From Monocercomonoides exilis PA203 (lineage: Eukaryota; Protista; Preaxostyla), in the NCBI GenBank assembly GCA_001643675.2, contig LSRY02000056.1, positions 501,390 through 565,389 of the forward strand: a stretch of 64,000 nucleotides of DNA, in the 5' to 3' direction. Shown piece by piece: positions 26,601 through 39,807 of the stretch (positions within the stretch are counted from its first letter, which is position 1; each line of letters begins with the position of its first letter). The notes below the pieces were generated by a model. The model ran no database searches. It had not been told where the DNA came from and worked only from the letters and a program-made list of their open reading frames with translations. The position numbers were made by a program, and so were the translations under genes.

Positions 26601-27620
26601 GATTGACTTAATTACAAAATGATTGAGTCATTTGCAATAAGTTGAATAAAATTCAAAATGATCACTTCATTTCGAAATGACAAAATAATTCTCAAATAGG
26701 TCTATTTTTAGAAATCATTGTGAAGTCAGATTTTTTATTGTTGCTATATACATCTGTCTCGAAAAGAAAATATTAACTTGTTGAAATCGAAATCAATTTC
26801 GAATGAGTTTATATAAGATTGTTTGGGAGACAATATTTGAAATATTGGTTTTTTTTTTTTTGTGAAAAAATGATTTTCCTTCTTCAATTGATGATCACAT
26901 TTTGTTAGGTATTTTTTTATTCAACGAATAGAAATTATTTGTATTTTAAAAATTTTGAGTTGATGAAGATTGATCAACATTTTCATCATTTGAAAGCAAA
27001 TTGGCATCGATGTGCATGGGAGATTATTTTTGTATTATAACTTTTTTCGAAGTGTTTTCTTCAAAGGTTGTTTATCAATAAGAAGAAATATCACATTTCC
27101 TTGTTAAAAGTGTAAAAACTGCCTTATAAACAAATGTTTCAGCTGAAATATAGACGAAGACATCAAAAATAAGCTTTTTCATTTTTCAGTGTTCTTTTGT
27201 TGGATTCAATGAATATTTTTCATTCCTAAATTTTGAATGAAATAAAACAATATTAATGATAATCACTAACATTAACAAATGCCAATGAGAAAACACCAAA
27301 CAAAAAATAAAAATAAAATAATGTAAAATAAAGTAAAATAAAATAAAATTCAAAAAAAAAAAAAAAATGGAGTTATTCTTTTCAGATTTATTAAATTTCA
27401 AAATAACAACTAATGCAAAAGAAACAAGAATTTCTTTCATGCTTAAAAATCGATTTTTTCTGAAAAGAATGATAGAGGATTTCTGTCTTAAAATTTGCAA
27501 TTATTTTTAACACACGCAAGAAAAAAAAAGAAGTGAATAAAACGAAAAACCATAGTTTGTATTTCCAAAAATTTTTTCCATTTATCTATATCATATGAAT
27601 ATGTTCTCAAAATTCAAGTT

Positions 27621-28963
27621 TTAGAGCTCCAATGTAAAGTCGTATTCGTCGTCTTCCGATTTCTTTGATTTCTTTTTCGTTTTCTCCTTCTCTTTCGGCT
27701 TTTCAGCACTTCTAATAGTGTCCAGATGTGCTTGTTCAGGTTCATAAACATCCTCATATCTTTTAATTGGATCCCATATTTCATGAACAAAAGCTCTGTA
27801 TGCTGGCAAGTCATCACCCACAAAAAAGTTATCAAAAATAGATCCAGCAGTTGGCTGATAAACTTCAATTCCAACATATCTAACTCTCTTAAATGCACTT
27901 TTTATCAAACTATTTTCCCAATTCGGATTTTTAATTGGTGGTGGTGACCATTCACCTTTGTAAGCAGGGTTTTTAATAATAGGAGGCATCCATGTTCCCT
28001 TATATGCTGGATTTGGCACAACCGGAGGCTCCCATTCTCCATCCTTTTCGTCATCCCAATCGTCAGGCTTTTTCGCATTAGGAACAGGCAGAACAAGAGG
28101 TTGATCCCAGTTTTTCGGCTTTTCAGCTCGAGGGTCTGGAATTTCAGGAAGGTCGCACCAGTCTTGCGGCTTTGTAGCATTGGGATCAGGAATAAACTCG
28201 GGTTCAAATGCATCAGGAAAGTCATCATACATCTTCCCTTCACGCACAACGAAATCATCAATTAGAACTTCGTATCCCAAATCAGGATAAATAACAATCG
28301 CAAACATATGCGTTCGCGCATCATGTTTAAGAGATATAGGCTCTCGATGATGATATTCCTTCTTTCCTTTTCGAATAATTAGTTGAACCATATCTGGATG
28401 AGTTTTATCTTGATCTTGTCCAAACATAATATAGTAAGGAGAGGAACCACTAAATGCAGTTTGATTTAATTTGTCTGGTAAAAGTTTAACATAAGATCCT
28501 CCAATATATCCGCTTTGCTCATTTTTAACTGTGTATGAAAATATAAAAGTGCTATTGTATGATGAAATTGTTTTCCCAACATCAGCTGATATTTTATGAT
28601 ATCCACCATCTGTAGTCGTTTTTAGTCCTTTGCATTTCTCTTTTTGATGGCATTTTCGCGGTATATCATATGTCCATTCTCCTTTTTTCTTTCGATCATT
28701 ATGTTCTGGAATTACCCATCGATCCTCCCAAGAATCTACAAATAATAAATAAATTCACACAAGCATATTATTTAAATATCCATATAGAAGGCATTTGATT
28801 GAATAATACAATGGACACAAAAAAATTCAAATATTTATAATAGTTCAATTATTTGCAAAATTGGATGAATTCGCCAAAGAATTTTGGACAAACTATCAAA
28901 CTCTTCTTTCCAAAAATAGGAGAAATTTTCTAATATCAAAAAAACGACTAATAAAAGGGTCAT
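27621..28963 (-). CDS. CALR: calreticulin family ER lectin chaperone (divergent)
   Basis: Exon 1 (28963-28894) reads MTLLLVVFLILENFSYFWKEEFD. Phase-1 intron 28893-28736. Exon 2 has GGSYVKLL, YYIMFG, P-domain repeats (IPDPNATKPQDW, KKPDDWDDEKDGEWEPP, NPAYKGEW), GSIFDNF and C-terminal TLEL. Confidence 0.93.
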
Positions 28964-29057
28964 TTTTAAGATAATAAAAAGATCCAAAAATCTGTAATTT
29001 GTTTTAAAATATTTCTTAAAAAAATCAAATAAAATTACAAATTAATTATAAAATGCA

Positions 29058-31747
29058 TTATATTATATTTTCATTGTCTCCATCGATTCTTATAAATTGA
29101 GCCTCGACATCAATAAGAAATAAATTGTAAATTTGAAAAGCAAGCAGCCTAACTTCATCATTTTTTGAAGTAAATAACCTCTTCACATTTCCTATTTGTC
29201 TTATTTCAAAAGCGTGAAGAGCTTCATTATACGGAAACAATTCGCCATTTTCAAATGAATCATGTTCATAGAAATTGTCATCCTCAGAAAATGGTGAATA
29301 TTCTTCGTCATCATCTGTACCTCTAACAAATTCACTTTGTAATTTTTCACTCGTTTCAATTTCCATTTTTGACTCAATTGCATTTAGACTATCGCCATCG
29401 CTCTTTGCAATCTCGCCTTTCAATTCTTCTCTCATTTTTTGAGTTACATTTAGAACAGAACTTAAATGCCTTTGATGGAGCCTCTTCTGCTTTAAAAGCC
29501 ATTGAGCTGCATCTTCATTGCCTGCTTTAAGCATCATCAAGATAATCTTCAGAAGTCGTATCTGAAATTTACTGTTTGGAATATAAAGCCCTTCTGTTAA
29601 AAGAGCTGCAACATGCGCATTAATAAACACAGAAAGTGGAATGATTGATGCTTCCACTAAGACACACAACAAAGTGCACAATTCGTGAATTGTTTGAGTC
29701 GTTGAGATTGAACGGGGCAATCCATGTTGGCCTGAAGAAGAGGAATTTGAAGAAGGCAATCTTGCAGAAGCTGGAAAAGTTTCTGCAAACGCTAACTTTC
29801 GCAGCTCTGAAGTCAATGTGGATATGCAATCAAAACAAATATGCTTTTTCAATTCAGCTTCAGCATTTGCTTCAAATTGCAAAGATTCATCTTTTTGCTC
29901 ATTTTTAAAATCAGAAGACGATTCTTCCACATCCATTTTTATCTGACTTTCGCTGAGAGATGCTTTTTCCACTTCTTCTTTTTCATCCATCTTCATTGAC
30001 ATCAACACAATCACACAATCCTCCAGCCCAATGGCACAAATGCGCTTCAGCCGATATTGGTCTCTTTGAATGTTTGCGAGGAAAAAATCGAATGCTCCAT
30101 TACAAATTGCAGCCTATATATATATCATTAAAAGCATATATCAAAGTTATATCAAAAAGAATGAAAAGGGGAAAAATAATTTATCAAAAAATTTGTATTT
30201 TCAATTAAGTAATTGCAATTAAAGTCTGTAAAATGAAAAGGATATCATAATAAAAATTTAATAAAAAACGAATTATTTTTTTATGAGGGATATTATTTTT
30301 TCCATTAACATACCATTTCAACATCCTTATCTTCAGATATTAGCATATCTATAAGAATGAGTCCAACATATGAGTAAGTCACATCAGAATCAATGCATGT
30401 TGAAGCTTTCATCATTAGTTGAAGCGCTTGCAATTTCAAAAATGGATCCTGGAAGATCAAACAAAAAACGGATGATCGATTAATTAGCAAAGAAAAAAAA
30501 GAGATAAAATGCAAGAAGGCAAATATTCAAAGAATCTATCATAAAACAGTTCAAAAAAGAGTAATAGAAGCAAACTTTTATTTGGTCAGCATTAAAAAAT
30601 TGGAAAAGAAATGAAAGACAGCAAATAACGTCTCCAGAAAGCATATTGTCATTTATCTTCAGCAACTTGCACATCAAAGAATAATAAGGAAATAATTGTT
30701 CTGCTATTTGTCCTCGTTTTTCTGTGTTCTTCGCCTCAGCCTTCTCATCTAGAGAAGAATTCGCTGGTTCAAGCTTCTTTACAGTTAGTGATATTATAAA
30801 AAAAATACTTTTGATCAATTCAATTTCATCTGAAGATGCATTTTCGAAATTTATCGATCCAAGCATTCCAAGTATAAGAGAAAACAATTGGTTGCTATCA
30901 AACGCTTCCCACATTTCACTAACGTCTATTAATAAATTACCCAATGATAGAAGAGCCTGAAAGGAAAAAGTAATAAAAAAAAATATTTTTTGCAAAAGTA
31001 CTTCTCAACAATTCAAATTTCAAACTGCTGTTTTAACAGGAATGTACCCAGAATCTTTTATTGCCCATAAAATGTCCGTTAATGCACCGCTGTGTGCTAT
31101 CACTTGACTTTCTTTCGGAGTCATCCTTCGAACTTAAGTTGACGAAAAAAACTGAAATCGCAATATTAACCGGAAAAAATTGCAAACACATCAAATTCAA
31201 AACTCGAAATGCTTGCTCAAGTAATTCATTATTATTATGATTTTTTAGAAGTGCAACTACATTCAGAACAACTGAAAGATTTATTGGCTCAATGTACTTA
31301 TCTTAGAACATTTTTCTCTCCATATCATAAAGAAAGATTCATACCATTCATAAAAACGCTACGAAGCATTACAATTGATGAGTATATCTCAGAAGGATTT
31401 TGCGAAGTTAAACTATGACTTATTTCAGAAACAGAGAATAACTTTTCAAATGAGAAAAACATTTCACAATAATTAAAAAATAAATATTAAATCATTTACA
31501 TTAATAATAACACGTATCAAAAATGATAAACTTTTCCTTCGCACGTGTCTGAATCAGAACTCGTATCACTTACAGTTCTTCGCTTATTTAAAAATCCACT
31601 TCTAATATTCTGTCGAAGCTGTGTTGTTTCATAAAATTGCATGTCATTTGTTGCATTTTCAAATGCAGTATTTTCAAATGAAGAAAAACGTCTTTCAGTT
31701 CGCTGATTTTTGTTCCAAGGGAAATTAATTTTTTCTTCTGTTTTCAT
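29058..31747 (-). CDS. divergent importin-alpha-like ARM-repeat protein (multi-exon)
   Basis: N-terminal IBB-like QLRQNIRSGFLNKRR, ARM-like helices (ALLSLGNLLID, DVICCLSFL) and C-terminal LFTSKNDEVRLLAFQIYNLF. At least 5 GT-AG introns. Confidence 0.6.
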
Positions 31748-31849
31748 AAGTTTATTGTGGGTAAAAAAAAATTTCAAAAACAAATATTACAAAAGCAAAA
31801 TCTTTTATTTTCCTAATTCAATGAATGCGGAAAAAAAAAAAAAGAAAAA

Positions 31850-32895
31850 TTAGCCAAACGATTCAACTAATTTTTTAATTTTTCTTTCTGCTGTTCTGTT
31901 TCGTTTCTTTTTATCAGTAAACCGTGGAAAGATTTCCTCTCTGGAAAAACCACTTTCAAATCTCATTGATTGCGCTTGCATTTTTGAGTTCGAAGACGGA
32001 GCAGAGAAAACAGTCGGGAAAGAAGTTTTAACACGATTCCAAGATCGTTTTTGAGAACATTTATCATCAGTTTTTGATGTTTCTAACTGAGATGCTGGCA
32101 TATTCTGCTCTAAAATAGCTGGTTGTATTTGAGTTAAGAGTTGACTTGGAGGAATAACGGGAGACGGAATTGGAAATGAATTCAGTGGAAAAAGAGAAGG
32201 TGGAAGAAATGCTGAAGGTGATAATAATGAAGAATGTGAAGGGAATAATTGAACACAAGAAAGTGGTTGATTTGTTGCCTTAAAATCGTTCTGTGTCTTT
32301 TGCTCCAATAAACTACTATGAGGTGATGATTTAACTTTTGAATTAGCGAGAGGCTGTTGAGTTGTCATCGGTTCCTCCACAAAACAGTCAATTTCTTCTT
32401 CAAAGTCATCATCTGATTCTACTCCCTCATAAAAAGTGGTCTGTTCATGCTCATCTTCTTCAACCTCATCATCTTCATCTTCCATTATGATACTTCCATG
32501 CTCTAATTGATCATGAAGTGTGGCAATATCTGTTTGCTTTGAAGATCTTTTTAATTTTTCTGAATAAAACGACACAAATTGAACTATATCATCGCTCGAT
32601 AGATCTTCCATAAACGGTGCATCAATGACACTTGCTTGCCCAGGTGTTTGTTCTGTTATTTTCTGTTCGTTAATGTACCTTGAAATTATATGAAACGATT
32701 TATTTAATTTCTGTTGATTACAAACTTATTTATCTCCTTTACAAGCTCTTCAGGTGAATGAAAATTGTCAGATTTATCATTTTTTTCTGTTTTCATTTCG
32801 CTATAAAATTGTGAGGGCTTCTCGTTCTGATTTATAAATTTAAATTCTATTTGTAATTTTTGTTTTGTAGAAGGCTGCTTTTGTCGGGGGCACAT
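31850..32895 (-). CDS. hypothetical protein (acidic and Pro/Ser-rich), two exons
   Basis: 253-aa ORF that extends upstream to a short intron at about 32682-32717 and an upstream exon beginning MCPRQKQ. Confidence 0.6.
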
Positions 32896-33058
32896 GAACA
32901 ATCTATAAATAAATTAAAAATAAATGTATAAAACAATATTTAAACGGAAATATACTTAAAAGGGAAGAATAAGCAAAATTATTTCATTTTGACTGATCAA
33001 AAGAAGATAAATAAAGGAGCAAGTCGTTTTTTTTTCTGTTTTAAAAAAAAAACCAAAA

Positions 33059-36000
33059 CTAAGATGATTGTAATTTATTCATAATTTCATAGAATTTATT
33101 TATTTGCTGTTCTGTCTGCTCAGAAAAATTTCCTTTTCCAGCACTGGAAGATCGATGATGAGATGGAGATGATGGCCGTTGTGAAGAATCAGCGAAGAGG
33201 CGAGGAGAAGAAGGGCGAGATGAATATGACGAAGAAGTGGATGAAGTGACTGCGCTGTGGGATGGTGTTGCCTGTGTCATTGCTGCTGCTGTTGATGACG
33301 ACGAAGAAGAAGACGATGACGATGTTGTGGGATTTGAAAGGGAAGGAGCAGAGGAAAACGACGAAGTGCGTCTGAGAGAGTGGTGGAATGGAGAAGATTG
33401 AGTTGAAAATGGCTGGCTTGACTGAGATGAAGCCTGAGGCGACAAAACTGCAGATTGCACGGATTGTGCAGACTGTGAAGAAGACCCAAAAGGAGAAGCA
33501 GAAGCGCTGAGTGAAGGCGAAGATGAGGAAGATGTCATTGAAGAAGCAATGAAAGGGCGCGACTTCGGCGGAGGCGGAAGAAGCGATGCCCGCCCAGCAG
33601 AAGGCGAGCGGTTGGGGGCAGACGGAGACGAGGCTGAAGTTGAAGCAGAAGCAGGCGCATACGTCCCGTCGCTTTTCGGCCTCTTCTCTCTGCCTCCTTC
33701 TCTCAAACTGTCTCTGGAACTCGCCTTCATCTCGTTCGCACTCCTCTTCCTTTCTTCTTCAGAACCATTAAAGGAAGATCGAAGAATCGCCTCTCTTTCG
33801 TTTCTCCTCTCTCTTTCTCTTTCTCTTTTCCCATTAGCACTGGAATACTTCTCTCTCCCTTCTTCCTCCCTCGCCCTTCCGCTGCTGCCACTGCCACTAT
33901 TTCTACTATTGCTGTTGTTGTTGCTTCTTACCCCGCTCTTCCTCGTCTCCGCCTCCTGTGCAATCTCCCACCACGTGTTGAAATCCTCCTCAATCCTCTT
34001 TTTGATGCTGCCTCTCACAGCTGTCATTTCTTCCAGCTCATTCCGCAGGTCCCTCAGCTCGCCGTGTAGCACCCGCACCTGCTCGATCTTCGCCTTCAGC
34101 TCAGCCACTTTCGCCGTCATCGCTTTGACTGTGCGGTCCTCCGGGTTCTCCTCCTCGCTCACGCCTTGCATCGCCATCTCAATCCGCAGCTGCTCAATCG
34201 CATCCCTCAGCGCATACACCTCCCGCTGCCCTCGCTGAATCGCCTCTCCTTTCTGCTTGGCTGTCTTCACGGCGCTCTGAATGCGCTGCGTCTGCTGCTG
34301 GTAGGACTCGGTCAGGCGGTGGTTGTGGCGGAACCAGTCGAAGGCGTCCTGCGCAGAGAGGAAGCTCGAAGGTGCAGGGTGAGGAGAAGAGGAGGAGGAG
34401 GAGGAAGAGGAGGAAGAGGGGAGGAGGAAGTCGAAGTTGGGGAGGTCGAGAGAGGATGTGAGGGAGAAGGGGGAAGGAGAACTTGAAGAAGAAGAGGAGG
34501 AGGAGGAAGAGGAAGAAGAAGATGATGAAGATGACTTCATCACACCAGATGAAGATAGCAAAGCACCCTTTTCCTCTCCTCTCTCTTCTCTCCTTCTGGA
34601 TGCTGCACTTCTCTCTCTCACATTCTCCATCTCATTCCCACCAGCCATTTCTCTCTCTCTTTCTCTTTCTCTTTCTCTCTCATTCCACACACCCCCACCT
34701 GTCTGTGTCCAGGCATTCCCCGTTGGTGGCTTAGCTTCCTTGATCATCTGCAGAAGCACTTCCACTTCCTTCTGTGCTTTCTCCTGTTCACGCTCGGCTT
34801 TGGCCACTTTCTTCTGCAGCTCTTCTATTATTGCACTGGCGGAAGGATCAGGTGAAGAAGAGGATGAAGATGAAGAGGAAGAAGCAGAAGAACTTGTAGA
34901 ATCCAGTGCTAAAGAAGAGTTACGTTGTATTGTTCTCGTCTTTTCCATATTCCCTCCTCTTCCTCCTCCTCCACCCCCTCCTCTTATCATCTCCCTCATC
35001 ACCTCAAAGAACTCCTTCACCATCACTGTCTCTTCGATCGGCAGCTGCACCTCTCCTGTCTCATCGCCCACATACTTCTCCACCATCTCCCGCGCCTTCT
35101 CCTTTTCGCTCTGTGTGATAGGCCCTCTCCCCGATGACGAGGACTTGAAGAACGCAAGCTCCTCTTTCAGTGCTCGGATTTCTGCCTTCAGCCGCTTGTT
35201 CTGTGTGTACACATCGACCTCTTCATTGACACTCGCTTTGTTCTCAATCAAAGTGATTCTCTGTGCAAAGCGGCACGTTGAGAGCGTCTCCCAGATGTTG
35301 TCGTCTTCAACTGATACGTTCGCCACCATCGACGTTAGACAGTTCGACATCAGCGAATCTCGCAGGATTGTTGTGATCATCGTGTTTCTGAACGGCACAT
35401 GAGACGCATTTTCGCCGATGGCCTTGATGCAGAGCTCGAGATAGTGCAGCGAAAGGTTGATGGAGATGGCTTCTTCCAGCTCTTTTCCCACTGCGCCTGT
35501 ACGGGAAACGGGCTCAGAACCAGCAAGATCGACTAAGGTTAACTTTGACTTACGAGTCAGGTCTGTTCCAGCGCGGTTTGCGACTAGCTCAACAGTGAAT
35601 ACACAATGCGAACGAGATGACGTGGCGTTCATTGCAGTTGATGCGTAGACTCGCGCATTCTCACCGAGAAACAGCAAAGTGAGCGCATCTTCCAAAGTAG
35701 GTGCTCGATAAGTGTTCAATCCTTTCAGGATGAACTGTCCATCTTTTTCGAAAGGTTGAACCCTCGTCTTCTCTTCTCCCTTTGAAAGAAGATCAAGTCC
35801 ATCTCCATAATACACTTCCATATAGCTGATTTGTACTTGCCACGCATATTCAGTTCTCTGGGAAACGAAAATAATTTAAATTATAATTTATCAAAAAAAT
35901 ATTAAAGAAACCAGTTCAATTTCCGAATAAATAGATTCAAGACATCTTGGAATCAACCCTTTTTCATTGTCCCAATCATGAATTCCTCCAAAAATTGTAT

Positions 36001-36468
36001 ATGTTTTCCCACTTCCAGTCTACACGATGAAAAAAACGAAAGACTCTCTTCACAAAGACAATAATTTTTGAACAAAAATATACCTGACCATAGGCAAACA
36101 AAGTTGAATTAAATCCATCCAGAACGCTAAATTATTTTTTCCAGTTAAATTATAAATACATTAATTAAAATGCAAACTTGTTTACAAGTTTCCTTCCGAC
36201 TCTTTCAAACAGTTCATCTTGATGACAATTTTTATCGAATATTTCTTCAATAAAATTCACATTTCAAATTTTAAGAATAAAATATCGAAATAAATTATTT
36301 TTTACCATTAAACATAAACGAGTCTTTAATTTGTTTTGCATTTTGAGCATCAGAATCGCCATGTTCAATAGATATTTTCTTATCCAATACATTCAAATCT
36401 ATGTGAGATGACTCATTTACAGTAGGTCTGGTTCTCAAGTATGTTTGTATCCGTCTTGTAAGAGACAT
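33059..36468 (-). CDS. kinesin-9 family (KIF6/KIF9-like) motor protein
   Basis: IQTYLRTRP, FAYGQ|TGSGKTYT (P-loop split by an intron), NATSSRSH, LVDLAGSE, INLSL and HVPFR. The tail has AFDWFR and IEEDFNTWW, typical of KIF6/9. Four introns in the N-terminal part. Confidence 0.93.
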
Positions 36469-36575
36469 CAATACAAGACGTACAAAATTTTATTCTTTAA
36501 AACAATCTCAAAATGAATAATAATGGCTTCCAATAAAAAACTTAGGGATAATTTGATCCAGATTAATTGTGTGAA

Positions 36576-39122
36576 ATGTCTATTTTAATACAGGGTGGTC
36601 TGTTGGTTTGCGATGGTGAATCACAGCCAATGGTTGGAGATTTACTAATTAAAGGTGAATTGATTTCTGCAATTGGACCACATATCGAACCACCCGAAGA
36701 TTGCAAAGTTTATCAGATATTTTTTTGTTTTCAAATTTTATGGTTATAAATTAAAATCAATTCAGATTATTGATGCATGTGGAAAAATTGTAATGCCTGG
36801 AGCAATTGATCCACATGTACATTTTCATTATCCACAAGGTTCATTATAATTTTTATCATATAAATATTTGAATTTCAATTTACACATAAGGCGCAAATCA
36901 GATCTGGTCTGCAGATGATTGGAGAAGCGGACCAGTTGCTGCTGCTATGGGAGGTACAACTACTGTAATTGACTTTATTGAAGCAAAGCCAGGGTTTGCA
37001 TAAAGCTTTCAATATTGTGTTAATATTCAATTGACTCTGAAATAGTGAAACGTTAATGCACGCGCTACAGGACAGAAATGCAGATGCAAACGGAAAGTCT
37101 ATTTTAGATTATTCTTTTCACATGGTATGCCAGCTATTTTATGTTTCTGCTTTAGAAAAATAAAATTCGGTAGTCAATCACACGCACTGATGACGAAACA
37201 ATTTCAGAAGTGCCAAAGGTTGTAAATGAAGGTATTACGTCATTCAAGATCTACACAGCATACAATGGCATTCGTCTCACCTACGAACAGTTACCAATTG
37301 CTCTTTCAGCTGTATCAAAATCAAAGGGTATTTCTATCATACACTCAGAGGATCATGAAATAATGTTTGCCCAACTTTTCTCCTAGATACATAAGTTATA
37401 TGTTCTAAAATTCAATATTTGATTTTTCAATGTTTCTTAAAACATTTGATGTTATTTGCTTTGTTATTCATTTTTTCTGATGTGAGTGTTAAACGTTTAG
37501 CTGAATGTGCAGAGAAAGGCAGAACCGAATGCAAATGGCATCCGTACTGCCATCCGATCGAGGGCGAGTTCGCAAGCAACAAAAAGATTGTTGAGATTGT
37601 CAAAAAACTGAAGCAAGAAGATCCGAATTACGGGAGAATACACATTGTGCATGTCTCAACGGCAGATGGAGGGCATCTCATAAGGCAAACAAGAGAGAGT
37701 GGAATTGACATCACAGGCGAAGTCTGCCCGCAGCACCTCGTGTTAGATGAAAGCTTGTATTCTGATAGGCCTGACGATGAAGAGAAAGCATCATCATCTT
37801 CCTCCTCCTCCTCTTCTACTTCTTCTGCAACAGCTGCTTCTTCTACTTCTGTTGCATTAACCACACAACAACAGGAGATTCCGTCGGCTGCCCCGTCTGC
37901 ATTCCGCTGTGTGTCGCTTGTGCCACTCACAAAACAGCCTCCGCCAGCTGCATTTGTGATGGCGCCTCCTCTTCGCCCTCAGTCAGAAAGAATGGTTTGT
38001 TTGAGTATTAGAAAATATTATCTTTGCTTTGAAGATATCGTTTTTTCTATTTTATTTATTTTGATAAAAAATATTTGAAAATCACAATAATCATTCTTAT
38101 TTATTTATAATTATTAATATTGTCTTGTTAACTACAATAATATCACTTTCTTTTCGACTTCTCTTTCATTTCTGCTCAGAATCTCATGCAAGCTGTAGAG
38201 AAAGGCGATGCTCTTCCATTCATCACATCTGATCACTGCCCGTTTTCCTCAATGCAGAAATACGGCCAAAGAAGACACCCAGAAAAGATGCTGGCTGCAG
38301 ACGGCTCTGTTGTTGATGGCGTTCCTTCGACTGCTTGGTGGGATAAAGAAGGATGTATGCACTTTTCTTTCTTCTTTCTTTTTTTGATTCCTCCATTTTT
38401 TGTAATATTCTTGAAATACTGTTATCTTTCTTTTCACACTTTTTCTTCCTTCTCATTTTACATTTTTTTTTCCTTCTCCTTTTCTTTCTCATGCTTCTAT
38501 TTCAATTCCTTTCTGACTATGCTTTTATTTTATTTTTTTTTTAAAAAAAAATCTTTTCCATTGTTTTTCATCCAGCGCCTCCATTTTCCGCCATGCCAGG
38601 TGGTGGAGCAGGTGTCGAGGTGCGTGTGATGGTTGCCTATTCATATTGCGTCGTGGAGCGTTCCTGGTCTCTTCCTCAGTTCGTCTCCTTTGTCTCAACA
38701 GCAGCAGCAAAGAGATTCGATCTGTATCCAAAGAAGGGCGTGTTGAAAGTCGGATCAGATGCTGGTTTGTCTTGTGGTGTTTATTGATTTTCAATGGACA
38801 TGTGATGATTTTGGATTATTATGATTATTTTTTCTAAATTCATAATAATTATCATTCTGCTATTTTTATTGTATTGATCAAAACTTTAACATCCCCATTT
38901 CTTCTTTCAGATGTTGTTGTGTGGGATCCCAATGCCACATGCACACTGACACAGAGCAATATGCACATGATGACTGATCTGTTTCCGTATGAGGGATTTC
39001 AAATTAGAGGCCGCCCAGAAAAAGTGATAGTGAGAGGAAGGATGATAAAAGACTCGGTTGATGGTGGGTGCTTGTCGTATGAGCCGAGAGGGAAATTGCT
39101 GAGAAGAACGCCTGCTATGTGA
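36576..39122 (+). CDS. dihydropyrimidinase / D-hydantoinase (amidohydrolase), 9 exons
   Basis: VMPGAIDPHVH, AAAMGGTTTVIDF, DYSFH, ITSFKIY, IHSED, IVHVS, GEVCPQHL, FVMAPPLR, TSDHCPF and KKGVLKVGSDADVVVWDP. Eight GT-AG introns restore the frame. Confidence 0.92.
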
Positions 39123-39807
39123 GTGAGGAAATAAATGGGAAAGAGAGAGGAAGAGAAAGAAAAAGAGGAAGAGGAGGAGAGAGAAAGTGGAAAGAGAGTT
39201 TGAGAAGAAAATAAATGATTTATGAGAAAATAATGTAGTATTTAAAAGATAAACAGAAAGTTGATGTAAGATGAACAAAAAAATAAAGAAATGATGTTTT
39301 AAACTTGTCTCAACTGTTTATTTTTATTTTTTACAAAGAAAAATTTTTCAGCATATTTGAAATGACTGGGAGTGAAGCGATATATTTTATCTCAATTCAA
39401 ACATTTTTCATTCAACATTTTATCTTTAATTGTCATTTTCATTCGAGTAAAGCCTGTTTTTAGCTATGTAAAGATTTTTTTTGTTTTCAATGAAAAAAAA
39501 AAATCTTTGGCATCTTTTGAAAATGCCAAAGACCGTTCATCATCCAATCAACCGAAATAAATTAATTTGTTAATAAATAAATAAGATTAGATTAGATAAG
39601 AAAAAACGGGAAAGCAATGAACACGCAACGCAACAATTAACACTAACCCAACAAAATCAAAAAGCAGAAAGCAGAAACAGCTCAAAAAACACTTCTTCTT
39701 CTCTTCTTCTTCTTCCCATAGCCTCAAAAGAAATACGATGAATACAAACAACAAAAAGCCATAAAAACATGGAAGCGAATTGGAATGTGATACAATCATC
39801 ATCATCA

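Noticed and set aside
24700-27200. Scattered coding-like remnants and a weak symmetry near 25570-25645
   Set aside because: Too degraded and AT-rich to assign or to distinguish from chance.
33549-35402. Long plus-strand ORFs opposite the kinesin, and similar ones opposite the cyclin and receptors
   Set aside because: Shadow ORFs arising from low-complexity or GC-rich coding sequence.
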